Origin: Curvularia clavata
Taxonomy: Eukaryota
NCBI GenBank assembly: GCA_023920165.1
Contig: CP089276.1
Span: forward strand, 3,286,001-3,350,000
Direction: 5' to 3'
Length of the DNA: 64,000 nt
Positions within the stretch are counted from its first letter, which is position 1. Every line of letters begins with the position of its first letter. A program made the position numbers and the translations under genes. Under the pieces are notes generated by a model, which saw only the letters and a program-made list of their open reading frames with translations, was not told where the DNA came from and ran no database searches. Below are positions 26,734 through 41,074 of the stretch, in pieces.

Positions 26734-28464
26734 ATGGATACAACTGCACACCAAGGAAAACGTAAAAGTCCAATGGTTCCTAAGCCATCGCCATTCGTTT
26801 ATGATTCTCTCAACTACACTGGAGGTTACATCAGACTACTCAATTTCTTACCACACTTATCAGAAACTGGCCTTTTGCAGTGTCAGATACGGCATGCCAG
26901 CGTCGAGTCAAAATACTCATGTCTTTCGTATGTATGGGGGCCCGCAGACGAGTATGAAATTCTTGTAAACGGCAGAATCGCAAAAGTAAGAAAGAATCTC
27001 AGAGATTTCATGGAAGTTGCCAGGAAAAAGTACTCTGCTTCTTCGCACGCATTCTGGATAGATGCCATTTGCATCAACCAGCAGTGTGAACCAGAGAAAG
27101 CCCACCAGGTCTCGCAGATGTCAAGGATATATCCAGGTGCTGAAGAGGTCATTGGATGGCTGGGTTTCAGTCAACGGGTAGAACGAGCCTTCACTTTTTG
27201 GGGCGAGTTGAACACACTACAGCCGCGGACGTACCATGAAACTCACAACATATGGCACAATCATATCAATAGCCGGAACAAAGAGCTAAGGAAGGACTGG
27301 AATGAACTTGCGGAGCAGGATTACTGGAGGAGAGCTTGGATCACACAAGAAATACTTCTTGCAAGGAAATTCAAACTTCTTGTCGGTGAGTCGGAAATCG
27401 AACCAAGGTCAATCCCAGGCATTGCGCAACTCCTACCAGATCGTTCATCTTCGAACACATCAAATCTGGTTTCTACGCAGATATTCCACACATACCTCGA
27501 AAATCTGTGTGGTACAACCGAGATGATGGGTGTCAACCTAATCTCACTTCTCCGCATGCTACCAAGAGACAGCACCAATCCCCGAGATCTCATCATCTCT
27601 CTCCTTTCCATTGCCTCAATCAATGATTCCGTCATTGTCGCCTGTAGTAAATCTAACGAGGACATGCTGCTCGACCTCCTTGAGATATTTGCGGAAACCC
27701 TCTGTCCATGCATCACTTCGTACTTGATCAACGCCTTGGAACTTCAAATCACTCCAGAAATATTCATCAAATCAACCCAAGAGATCCCGTTGTTCTCCTT
27801 TTCGACGAAAACAGCAGACTTCCTGCCCACATTCTTATTAGAGTTAGACGACCAGATGGAACACTGCACACAATGCGGATCCGAGGGCATCGACCTAGAA
27901 ATCGAATGGACAGGTCTCTGTATGGGAAATTTCAGCGGCTGCACACGCGGAAGTCATCTTTACCTAAGCAGGAAGCACATCGCCGAGGGAGAGACGAACC
28001 ACATTGTAAAGACGGGACACGGCACCAAAGAATTCAAAGTACGCTTTGTGGAAGAGAACGGGCTTGAGAACAACTCCGGGGGGTATTCACTATACTTCAC
28101 CGCAGACGTGCTCGTTAACCTTTTTCATTCTTTGCAATCCAGCTCATGGGATGATAAGTCAATTTGCACTGGTCCACACCCGTCTCGTACACATTGCAGG
28201 GTGCAGCGTGTCTCTGAGCCAGAAACATGTTGCGCTCTCAAATCATGTGAAGAGGATCATCCCTCCATGGACATTCTGGCTGGTTACGAACTTCCAGGAC
28301 CGTCTATGACTACAAGGCATCTTTGGCATTCTCAAGGACAACTGGGAGATTGGTCTGCTGCATCTACTGTCAAGAGGTTTTTCGAAGATCCGGCCCCTTG
28401 GGTGCCTGGGTACGTACGCGATCCTTTACCGCATGCCGCCTTTTCGGATCTTGCTATTGATTGA
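26734..28464 (+). CDS. heterokaryon incompatibility (HET, PF06985-type) domain protein
   Basis: YSCLSYVWG, FWIDAICINQ, EKAHQVSQMSRIY, YWRRAWITQE; intronless; Cys-rich C-terminal half that I do not recognise. Confidence 0.9.
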   Translation: MDTTAHQGKRKSPMVPKPSPFVYDSLNYTGGYIRLLNFLPHLSETGLLQCQIRHASVESKYSCLSYVWGPADEYEILVNGRIAKVRKNLRDFMEVARKKYSASSHAFWIDAICINQQCEPEKAHQVSQMSRIYPGAEEVIGWLGFSQRVERAFTFWGELNTLQPRTYHETHNIWHNHINSRNKELRKDWNELAEQDYWRRAWITQEILLARKFKLLVGESEIEPRSIPGIAQLLPDRSSSNTSNLVSTQIFHTYLENLCGTTEMMGVNLISLLRMLPRDSTNPRDLIISLLSIASINDSVIVACSKSNEDMLLDLLEIFAETLCPCITSYLINALELQITPEIFIKSTQEIPLFSFSTKTADFLPTFLLELDDQMEHCTQCGSEGIDLEIEWTGLCMGNFSGCTRGSHLYLSRKHIAEGETNHIVKTGHGTKEFKVRFVEENGLENNSGGYSLYFTADVLVNLFHSLQSSSWDDKSICTGPHPSRTHCRVQRVSEPETCCALKSCEEDHPSMDILAGYELPGPSMTTRHLWHSQGQLGDWSAASTVKRFFEDPAPWVPGYVRDPLPHAAFSDLAID

Positions 28465-28702
28465 GGCATATGAAAAGATGAGCGACACAGAAAGAAGATA
28501 CTGCCATACTAGTTAACAAACTATTGGAATCGCTCTGGTGTACTTTCCATCTGGATGACCTGACGGGAAGTATGAAGACTACGTCTGAAGAAATTTATAT
28601 ATGATGTTGACAAAATCTTGATAGAATCGCTGTTACGCGTCGTAGGGCTGCAAATTGGAAGACTACTTATACATATATACAATGGCACTGCTGCCTATGA
28701 AA

Positions 28703-30039
<1,337 letters not shown>

Positions 30040-30242
30040 TGCGAAGTTTGCAACAAGAAAGAAAGCACCTTCTGGTATTATTGTACTCGAACGTGTCAAC
30101 GTAAGGCCAGAACACCAAAATGAATAATGTTCGGACACCAAGCGGAGGGAAAGCTTCGACCAATGACGGCTGGGCCGTTGGCACTGATGACGATCGAGGC
30201 TGAGGATCGGACGTTAGGAAATGCCCCACCGTGGCCGAAGAT

Positions 30243-30273
30243 CACGTGCAATCGCGTCGCGGCTAAGACGCGT
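30243..30273. promoter_or_regulatory. E-box (CACGTG) and perfect MCB (ACGCGT) in the divergent HEM15/KU70 promoter
   Basis: CACGTG 30243-30248; ACGCGT 30268-30273. Confidence 0.4.
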
Positions 30274-30450
30274 GCCTAACGGTTGCCTGGTCTGGTCCCG
30301 GCGCGGCGATTCCAATGCGACGATTGTTTGCTTTTACTTCTTAAGCCCAAAGTACTGCTAAGGTAGTTCAGAACTACCCACTTCACCACAATATAAAACT
30401 CTTGCTGAATAGCCATTCTCTCATCCGTGCTTGAATACGACTATTGCATC

Positions 30451-32484
30451 ATGGTGGACCCGCAGGATAACCGAGACGGCGAAGCAGAGGGAGAGGAAGA
30501 GGACGAGGAAATAGATGACACTGTGCGCTTAATTGAAAGGTCTATACTTTCGATTTTCATTAACAAAATCTAGAGCTACAAGACTATCAAAGATGCCGTT
30601 CTCTTTGCTATCGATGTCAGTCCTAGCATGCTCGAAAAACCACCAAAGTCAGAAGACAAGAAAGCCGAGCGTGACTCACCAACCTCTGCCGCTCTCAAAT
30701 GCGCCTACCAATTGATGCAACAGCGTATCATCTCTAATCCGAACGATATGATGGGCATATTGTTGTTCGGAACAGAGGAAACAGACCTGAAGGACGGCGA
30801 CAACACATTCCAGCATTGCTATCTCCTGTCAGATCTTGACGTGCCTTCAGCACAAGACGTCCAGAGGCTGAGGGATATGGTTGAGGACGAAGCAGAGGCT
30901 GAGGAGATACTCAAGCCGGCAAAGGAGGGAGCCAGCATTGCAACCGTACTCTTTTGTGCAAATCAGATCTTCACAACCAAAGCCCCGAACTTCTCGTCAA
31001 GGCGTCTATTTTTAGTTACCGACAATGACTACCCGGTCAAAGCTAAAGCAGACAAAGACGCTGCAGTTACTAGGGCCCGGGACTTGTATGATTTAGGCTG
31101 TACCATCGATCTGTTCCCAATTTCGCAACCAGACCACAGCTTCGATCGGTCGCGTTTCTACGACGATCTTGTCTATCCGACATCACCTTCAGATCCTGAT
31201 GCGCCAGTCACTATACCGTCTACCACAAAAGTCGCAAAAAGCGGCGAAGGTATCTCTCTTCTCAAACAACTCATCTCTTCGATAAACTCGAAAGCCACAC
31301 CAAGGCGTGCTCTTTTTTCATTACCGATGGAGCTTGGGCCTGATCTACGGATTGGTGTGAAGGGATACATCATGATCAAACGTCAAGAGCATGTCAAATC
31401 ATGTTATGTTTGGGTCGGTGGTGAGAAACCGCAGATAGTCACCTCTGCAACCACACATATGGCAGATGATACCGCACGAATTGTCGAGAAGGCTGAGCTA
31501 CGAAAAGCATACAAGTTCGGCGGTGATGCGATAACATTCTCACCTGAAGAGATGATCAAGATACGGCAATGTTTTGGTGACCCAGTCATACGCATAATCG
31601 GCTTCAAACCTCTTTCCAGCGTGCCAATATGGGCAAACACGAACAAATCGACCTTCATATATCCTTCGGAAGCAGACTACGTTGGCTCAACGCGTGTCTT
31701 CTCTGCATTACAACAAAAGCTCCTCAAATCTCAGAAGATGGGCCTTGTATGGTTTATTCCCCGCCGCAATGCTGCGCCTACTCTTGCGGCCCTTATACCA
31801 GGCGAGGAGAAAATCAATGAAGAAGGCGAGCAAATCATGCCGCCAGGCCTTTGGCTTGTGCCACTTCCCTTCGCCGACGACATCCGTCAATTCCCTACAC
31901 CACCCGAAGAACCCCTCAAAACGACAGACTCCCTCACAGACAAGATGCGTCTCATCATCGAGCAACTCCAACTTCCCAAGGGTATCTACGATCCCTCTAG
32001 ATACCCAAACCCCGATTTGCAATGGTTTTACCGCATATTGCAAGCACTCGCATTAGAAGAAGAGCTTCCAGAGCATCCAGACGACAAGACGATTCCGCGC
32101 TACAGGCAGATAGATAAGCGCTGTGGCGAGTACATCGAAGACTATGGTAGAGAGTTTCAAGAGGTATATGCTCAGCAGGAGAAATCTGCACTTGCCCATC
32201 GCACAAAGCCTACTGCCAAGAAACGCGCTGGTGGAGATGAAGGCGAGGAGAAAAAGCCAGCAGCCAAGCGCGTGAAGAAGGAGCCGACGGTTAAAGGAGA
32301 GGATGGGGACAATGATGGTATGACGGATCAGCAGATGGCTGATATAAATAACAGTGGGCAGATCAGCAAGCAGACTGTTGCGGCACTGAAGCAGTGGTTG
32401 GGTGCTAGGGGGCAAAGTGTCGCGGGGAAGAAGGCGGATTTGTTAGAGCGGGTGCAGGAGTATCTCGATGGGAAGGGACTTTAA
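30451..32484 (+). CDS. KU70: Ku70 DNA end-binding protein; exons 30451-30522, 30574-32484
   Basis: KDAVLFAIDVS vWA start, RRLFLVTDND, LPFADDIR, YPNPDLQWFYRILQA, C-terminal SAP domain. Confidence 0.96.
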
Positions 32485-33205
32485 CGTTTCACTGCGATCA
32501 TGTCATGAATGCGGAAGGCGTTGAGGTACAATTGAGATGCTTTACCTTTGATCAAGGCTTTGTGTAGTCGCTCAGACCGAATGCATATCATCATTTGCTC
32601 CATTCATCATGGAAAACATCACGTTTCATTGCGTAAATCGAGAAAAACGAGTTGAGGAAATAAAAACCTCGGTGATGTGTTGGCCTCCCCTTTCATTTTA
32701 TTGTGCAGGAGGATACTACTACCAGATGTACGTTCTAACGTTGTATACTAGGCTAGTGTTATCAATATCTTGTTTAACGTCTAATAACGATAAAGTTGAT
32801 CCAGTCAACAGCTTTTTCACATTTTCCATCCCACGCTTGAATCAAAAACAAGAAATCAAAATAGATGGGAAAAGTGAACAAATGAAAAAAAAGGACACCG
32901 CGCAACATACTTACTCCCGCCGCTCGCGACACGACGACTGGTCGGCTAACCAGAGGGCCCACAAGTTCTCAATCTGTTTCTTCTTCTCTCTTTGACCCTA
33001 GCACCCCTGTCGTCGCGCGCACGTCCTCAATGTACCATATACTATGTGACTGAAACGCTGGATCTAAGCTCTCGCACTCCACGATGTTGAAATCGATGTG
33101 AGTAAGGAGAGAAGACGTTTAGTCAAATGGCTAAGAGAGGTAAACTATGCTATATCGTGGCGAGAAACTATTGAAATAAAGCAAGAGAACAAAAGTTTAT
33201 TGGCA

Positions 33206-35667
33206 TCAAGATGCTGGGCTGATGACCTTAAATGTATGTGTGTCATTTTCATAACAGATCCATCGGTTGTGCTGTATTTCAGTTAGAGAAAAAGAAAAAA
33301 AGAAAAAAAGGAGACTGTGTGTGAAAGAAAGAACGAAAGAGAGAAAGGACATTGTGCTTACTTGCGCGAGTGCGTATCCGAGCCTCAGGACTCTGTTGAT
33401 CCGGTTTTTGACTGTGCTTGCGGGCTCAAGATATCGTTCTTCCTCGTCACGCTCTCTATGGAACCAATTCTTGGGGTAGTAGCCATGAGTCCAGATCAAG
33501 CCCCGAGAGAGGTAGTCTTCTGGAAGCGGCAACTCATCTGGCCTCTCACCGTCGGCTGGAAACAGATTATCAGCGAGTAGGTTGTCAATGTTTTCGGCCT
33601 GATTGGTAGGTGATGGTTGGTGTATCTGGGTTTCTGTTTTCAGTAACGTATTGAGAAAGGCGATGAGGTCGGCCCAAGGAAGATCATCAAAGAGATTAGA
33701 AACGTATGGGTTTGAAACAAGCGATACAATGAATGCAAGCTTCATGTTGACGTGCGAAAGCACGTTCTTATCGCCGACTCGACGCAGGACGAGAGAAAAT
33801 GTGTCGTTAAAGAGCAACCTGGCGTTCTTGAAGGTGAGTCGCTCAGTAAGTTGCGTAAGCTTCTCACCAATTTCGCTCGAGGCAACGGAAGGTTGAAGGG
33901 GATCTGGCTGGTCGATTGCTGATGCTGTACGTGGACTTTCCTCGGGAGCGATAGTGGCAGACTTTTTGGCTTTCTCAGAAAGCTCGATGAGGAAGGCTTG
34001 ACGTAATGCGTTGTCGTCAACACCGTAATCGAACCACCCTGCAATATTAGTAACGGCAATCCAAACGCCGTGATCCTTCCACTTGGCAGTAACCCGACCG
34101 ATATGATCGCTCAGGCCATCCAAGAACTCAGCCTTGGCCTTCACGAAATCTTCTGATGTCTGCTCCTCCTTGACCGAAAGTCCCAGAAATTGAAGGCCAT
34201 GTGATTTGATGAAACAGGCATCAATCGGAAGGGCTTGCGTAAAACTAGCGGTGGTGCGTCCAAGAATCGGATCCAAAAGAGTCAGGATTGACTCGCGTGC
34301 GCTTCCAAACGGTTTAACGCAAGTTAATGATCGAGAGTAATAGTACATCTGCTGGAGAGCATTCGGCCTCGCAAGAATGGCGAGGTGGTGGTAGAGCCGT
34401 CCAGTAATCGGGTTTTTGTCCGCTGCCTTCGTATACCATGATCGTGCAACACCAGCCCAAGTATCACGATCGCGCACATCCTCATCCTCAATAGCCATAC
34501 GGTATCTGCCCAGATCACCGAGACACTCTATCCACGTGTCTTCGAAAGCCGGAACAGTCTCGTAGAGCAAGGCCATCATTTGGTAGGCCAAATAAATAAA
34601 CGCCAACATATAGTCCATACTTTCTGGGAGACGCCTCCGAAGTAACTCCAAAAAGGAATGAATACCATGCTTCCACATACGCGCGGGCATGGAATACTTA
34701 GCTGCCAGACCACGAAGCGCTGGTGAAGCAGACGGATGCTGGCTTGCAAGGAAAAAATCATGATGCTCATGTAACAGCGTACGATGCAAGGCTATAAGCG
34801 CTTGCCAATGGTCAGGAGGTAGCTTAGTGTTAGGATCTTGTACAGCCGCTGCTTGGGCGCGGTCAACATGTATACACTTATTTTCGACCATAGCTAGACC
34901 CGCGTATATCGATTTCACCTCAGACGCAAGCTGCTGTTGCGAAATTGGCCGAGAGTCTGGCTGTAATAAGAGATCAGGATATCGCTCATCATATTGTGGA
35001 TGACCGGTAAGAACAGGTTGGGATTTAGGGGTACTCCGTTCCTGGGGACGAACAGGCGACCTAGGTTGCGGAGACTGCAGCTTAGTGCTCTTCGTGGCTT
35101 CGGCTGACCACTCACTTGACGGCTCTGGAGTAGACTGGTGAGGCGACGATGTACCTTTGGCGCTATGCTTAGAGTCGAAAAGTCTTGGCTTAGGCCTGGT
35201 CTTATCGGAAGTAACTTGATATGGGGCTTTTCCTCTCTGTCCATAGGCTTCGTGCTCTGCTGCTCGTTTTCGTTTAGAAGGGGGAGAGTTTGGAGCAGAT
35301 CCCTTAGCAGATTCTAGGTTGAGGTTTCCAATATCTAGTGCAGACTGATCCCCTGCGGTTGCAACAGAGGAATGATCAGGTCTCCTAAATGATGTCAGAT
35401 ATCGATACGGGCATCTGGAGGCCGAACTTTTTACCTAAAATCATTTGCTAAGCTCTCGAATTTCTTAAATGCCTGCTGCGAGTCCAGGCCGTCAAAATCC
35501 GAAGAATGTTCCGCCTTGGCATGATCGAACAATTGTTGGAATGTTTGGAACACACGTCCCCTATGATTCGGGTATGGGCAGAGGTGCTCAGCCCACTCAG
35601 CGCTCGCTTTCTGAGTTCTGAGCGCCTTAGCCCACCCAGTAGTGTGATGCAAGTTGCCAGCATTCAT
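33206..35667 (-). CDS. Est1/SMG5-7-family (Est1 DNA/RNA-binding TPR) protein; exons 35667-35435, 35384-33362, 33271-33206
   Basis: QPDSRPISQQQLASEVKSIYAGL, LHEHHDFFLASQHP, RMWKHGIHSFLE, WIECLGDLGRYRMA, GRLYHHLAIL, PLPED; frame checked through exon 2. Confidence 0.88.
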
Positions 35668-38600
35668 TCTGTCGCTAGGCGCTTCAGGTGTAATTCTCGG
35701 AAAGATGTTTTCGCCTGTGCAGCTGACGCGTGTCAACAGATCTCAAGGCACGGTATTTGATTGGTGGGCGACGGAATGCCCACATTACCCAAGCGTGTGC
35801 GAACACTCGAGCTGAATATCAGTTGGAAACCCGCGAATGCAGTTTACATGCTCCTCATAGCAATACTCTTCTGGTTTTGCGCGCTGTCGCAAAGCAGCTA
35901 GAGATTTGTGGGGGCCGAAATGAAGATAGTGGGAAAGTGATGAAGAGAAACCGGTTGCTGCCGGATATGACGACAGGGACAACTATTTCGACGAGAGCAA
36001 CAACGTCCAAACGATATGTGATTGGCTGAGTCCAAATTCAAGGTATTGGAGCACCATGAGTGCTCTTGGACAACAGAGGTTGTTATAGTAAAAAAAGTGG
36101 TGGGCGCACTAGCCTGCAGGCAAAAGGCAACCGTATCAGGCTGCCTGAGCTGGGAGCCGCCCCACGCTTAGCGTGCACCACCCATCCACATGCATAAAGT
36201 CACCGTATTGAAAGGCAATTTTTTGCCTGATATCTTTCGGAGGCTCTACTCAACCTTTCTTTCCAGCTGAACATCTTTCACAATCTCGTGAGTAGGATTG
36301 GCGAGCAGCAACTCCACATGAATCGTCCCTCATAAGCACATTAGTAACTCTGGTTCGCGTGGTCTGACACGAGTGTGCTCTTCAAGACTAACGAAAATAG
36401 TGACTGCATATCTGGCTCTTTTCCTACTACACTCGACTGCGACCAGTTCATGAGCTCCATGTGTTCAGTGTCTTTTGTCAAGGGCCACGTTATACATGCG
36501 TTTGAACACAACAAAGAAACTGCCACATCAGCCACCGGGGTTGCTTTTGATCCACGAAAATGAAACACATCACTGACCTTACATGCAACAATCCGTTCGC
36601 GGATATAGGGAACACAGCGTTTTCGAACATGTGCGTTCCCGGCCTTTGAACACCGTGTCGAAAATGTCTGGCTTATGGCTATGCCCAAGCTCTGCCTACA
36701 GCCTTGCTACAATATTCTTTCCGATGATTGCAGGCAAACAACGGAGAGGGGGAGTGGTGTATCTGGATGTCAGGGATGGACCTTCTCCGGTGATCAACCA
36801 AGGTAAATATACCAAGCCAATATGGTTTTACCTTGGACCAGGCACATTAGTTTTTCCCTCGATTCATAGGAAAAGGACATCATCTTTCGAAATACAAACG
36901 CTGCCCCTGGATTCCATTGGACAACTCGTACCATACACTGGAGCCTCGGATTGGCGGAACATACATCAGCTGATATATCCGGTGTTCAAGTTACTCCTCG
37001 GATGCAACGAGAGCGGGCATCAATCAGTACCTTGTACGAGCGTCACGATACTGACCCTGGAAGTACCAATCTTTCGGTTACACAAGGCACCCGGGTGAAG
37101 CGCGATAGGTCTACTTGGCTCGTTACAATAGGATATGTGGAATATTTCCATTTGGGACTTTGCCTGATGCGTTGTAAGATGTAGTCATACAGAGCCTTGT
37201 TTATGGCCTGATGAATATGGTTGATTGTTTGGTAAGTTTCCCTGTTTCCAGTGTAACGGGATGGTGGTTTTCTGGTACGATCGCCGGCTTCCAAGAAACA
37301 AAGTTTTACCTGATTGCGAATGATTGAGCAATCTGCTATGGACACGCAAGTCCTCTAGGGTTTCTACAGCACTACAGGGGTTTGATGGAGTTTTGAGTGC
37401 GTATTAGTGGATTATCTCTATACAACTGGCTTTCGTTGACACATACGTAGGCCAAATGCGGGGCAAGTGCCAACAACTTTGGGCCTAGCCACTCGGAATC
37501 AAAACCACTTCCACCGCTGATGGTGTAGCCATTGGATCCGACCCAATCAACAACGGACCTATCTTATGACAATGTCATCCATCACCAAGGGGCAGCTGAT
37601 ACAACTACGGGGCCATCCCGAGAAGGCTTATCGTAGAAAACAGGTTGCAGCGCGTTACCTGTAACTAACCCTGCCGATATCAATCATTGAGTGATCGTTG
37701 GTATTGCAGGGCCGACGAGCGAGCGTCAGAACACTGGTCGTCAACCGGTAATCAATCGACCTATCAGAAGGCTACATGGTGCAGAGATACCTGATATCGT
37801 CGCTTAGCGGGTGGTTGGAACCCCAGAAGCAAATTAAATTTGTTTCAATTTTGAAAGAGGCTTTCTAGGCTTCCAGGGACGTGAAAATCAGGTAGCCGAG
37901 GTGCGGGTTGCAAAATTGGGGCCGAAAGCAAAGTCCTCCACCTTATACAAGGCTGAAAGGTGGGGCGCGATATTGTACCTCGTAAGTATGGCTTCACGGC
38001 AGTTGTGGTTTCAAGTGCTCTGTTCGAAAGCCCAACTCATCGGGATTCGTTCTTCGACTTACAGAGATCCTTAAGGAATGCCTCAGGCTTGCCATCTGAC
38101 CGTTCTTACAACTTACCAACGGGCAGCAGCGGAACTTCCTGATGACCTGCATCAGCGAACTAGGTTCCCACATCAGGCTGAGTGAGCAGTTGTTGAACGG
38201 TGTAACACAAGCACGTCATCGAGGCACCCTCTACAGACCTATCACACCTAGCTAAGCGAACAACCATGAACGGTGAACACCCCAGCATCTCTAATCTCAA
38301 GCGGCAAAAGCTACACACCATGTTTTGCCATGCACGCGTGTTTTGTAGACACAACGATGCCGTCATTCCGAGAGGATGGTATGGTCCTCTGACCCTAGTA
38401 TTCTGCTTGATACTCCATGTAGATTGCAAGCCAAGAGCAGTACTGTGAAATTCGCAAGAGAGGCAGATGCAGCCACACATCACAAGGTGCATATCTTGAC
38501 CGCAATTCACACTTGAGGGTGTGTGAGTCAATTGCTTTTTGCAATGTCACTGCTTTTTGATCTTGATAATAATGTGATATCGGCGCATGAACTTGGCGAG

Positions 38601-41074
38601 AAGTAAAACTATACACCCAGCCCTTTGTGGCTTTATTTCATTCTATTCATGCATCTCCAGAATTTAGGACTTAATTGCGCCAGGAAGACTACAACCGCGA
38701 TTCAATTGAATATCGCATACAGTGTCGAGTAGATGATATCGTGCTGAAAGAATGTGTGTGCCGACTCCACTATGATTTCACCGGTTTACGATCTACGGGT
38801 AGCATGAAGCGCTAGCGTGTTCCAGTCCCGATGAACCACTCGTTCAGGTGCGGATCGAACCCAGGGCAACACATATTTAGGCGGCAATACAACCAAGCCA
38901 TCGGATCAGGGAATCGGCCCCCAATCTCCGGAATAGGTTAGTTTTCGGCTGGGGACTGATTATGCTTTATCACCCACAAGGCTGAGATCGTGCACACCTA
39001 CTAGTATACGAGACATCCCGTGCCGCAGTTGCACGTTGCATAATCTGTCCGCAAAATTGCGGTCCGTTGCCTTCTTATTCTAGTCTCACGGACCCACATG
39101 CGGCTCATTACCAATAGTTCGGTGGTCAGCTGCAGGATATGCCGTATGAGGCTTATGGCGTGTTTCTGATAGGCTGCAACAAGTACAGCCTACCCAGTAA
39201 CAACGTAATACGCGGCTGGAAATGGCGATGGTGATGATATCAATAGAACAAGCGCTACGTGCTGAGAATTTGACATAATGATTAGTCTAACAATATTGGG
39301 TCAATGATATGGTTCAAATATTACAACAGGTACGAACTGTCCGATGACTTTCACCATGGAACTCCACCGACTCCACTTGGTGTTAGTCTTATGATTGGAC
39401 TCAGGCTTCATCAGCAGGCCTCTGGAGGACAAAACGTCCTCGGTAGTGCCTTCCCTTCAGGTCCAGCAGGCATAACTGTGGGCGTACCTTCTTTTCACCG
39501 GATCTGCCAGGCTGAACACAAACTATATCGCAATGACCAGCTCATTGACCTAGAATGGAGTACATAGCCTGACAGTCATCTGACATTTCACTAACTATGA
39601 TTAAAGGTTCTCTCTTGAGGACTGCAAGGAAGTCCTGCTCAAAACCCACAAGATGCAGAGTCGATAGGACAAAAGCAATCATCTCTTCTTTTTCCTTCTC
39701 TATTTTCTCCTCGAGGGATGAGAACTCTTGAGCAGGTACCCGTATAACAGTTTACATAGATCCTCGGATCTCGTTCGGTTGATGTACCGTGGTATTACGC
39801 CTCTGCAACGCTCGGTTTACAGGATGAAACCCTCTTTCCTAAACCTTTTTCTCGTCCATCTGGCTCACTGTGTTCCAGTGAATTCCACTCCAGAACAGCA
39901 GAAGCCAAGTCCAAAAGGCGGTCAGGTTGTGACAACGCGCCCACTAATTCCTCATGACCACGAGGCCTGCAGCGCTAGCTCCGCTGTTGGCACTTTGCAA
40001 TACTGCATACGACCAACAAACCTCTGGAGAGCCAGCCACTATGCAGCCTTGGAATACGTGTTTGAGCAGAATCGAACTCATAGGATATCGTGAAAGACAA
40101 CCAGATAACGCTGACGAATCAAGTGGCTGTGCCGCTTGCGTTCAAGGATCGGAGTGGCGACAAGAGTCATGGCGACAAGAGTCTGGACAGCTGAAAATCT
40201 GGGTAAGGATGTTCCTGAAGGCGCCTTACTCCGTATTCTAATAACGCACGCCCTGGAAACGAAGCAACTAATAGGGGAAGCCCTTTACACCTAGTCGCGA
40301 GTTCGTCTTTTCACCCCCTTTCGCAAGCCTCGACCGCACGTGGACAGAAATGATCCATTCTCCCAACATGCTTGAGCCTGCATAAAAATAAGTTCAGACA
40401 CAGTAACCCCGAGTCATTCCTGAATTCGTGTGTTATGCGAATATTCATCATCGCAAAATCAACGATCATTCTTTGCGGCTGCGCAAACCGGATTCGTAGT
40501 GGTGATTAATTCCTTGGCGGCTCTGGCTCAGTCTGCTTTGCCACCACGATGTCCAGGAAAGGGGCTGGAATCTTGACGCTGGCCAAGATCGAGAGCTGAT
40601 CTCATTGTGTATCGACACAGATTAGGTGATTGTATCAAGAATGTAAAACAAGAGGCGCATGGATGGCCAGCTCGGCACCCCGCAGTGCTGTCCAGGCGAC
40701 CGATTGCACCAAGCGCTTAAACAAATCAACAGTCTCAAAAGGTAAGCTGTTCGAGTGAGTTGAAAATTGCTGCGAAATCCTGAGAACTTCATGAGATAAT
40801 AGAAAAATTGGGACCTAATGAGTGGGATGACATAAGCCGTATAGCCATGCCGAGGCTAACGTCTCCACGCAAAAAGGGCCGAGAAGAACGATGTGTTACG
40901 ATCTGCGATTGTTATGGTACTATATATAACGGCCCCTCCGGAATGCGGTTTTGGTAGTAGTATGTACAGGGACTCTGTGTTCTGGGCACCGTAAATGACT
41001 GCGCTATTTGTTCGCAGAACCATTGTTGCACCAGGACATTCTGCGCAAGGAGCGTCCTCAACAACTCGCCCCGC

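Noticed and set aside
35220..35290. Apparent frameshift in Est1-like exon 2 suggested by ORF 34915-35244
   Set aside because: Counting the five-G run at 35280-84 shows the true frame (SPPSKRKR..) is open; the listed ORF is an alternative frame.
38850..38866. GGTTCGATCC (B-box/T-loop-like) on the minus strand
   Set aside because: Flanks do not form a T-stem or cloverleaf, so no tRNA can be supported.
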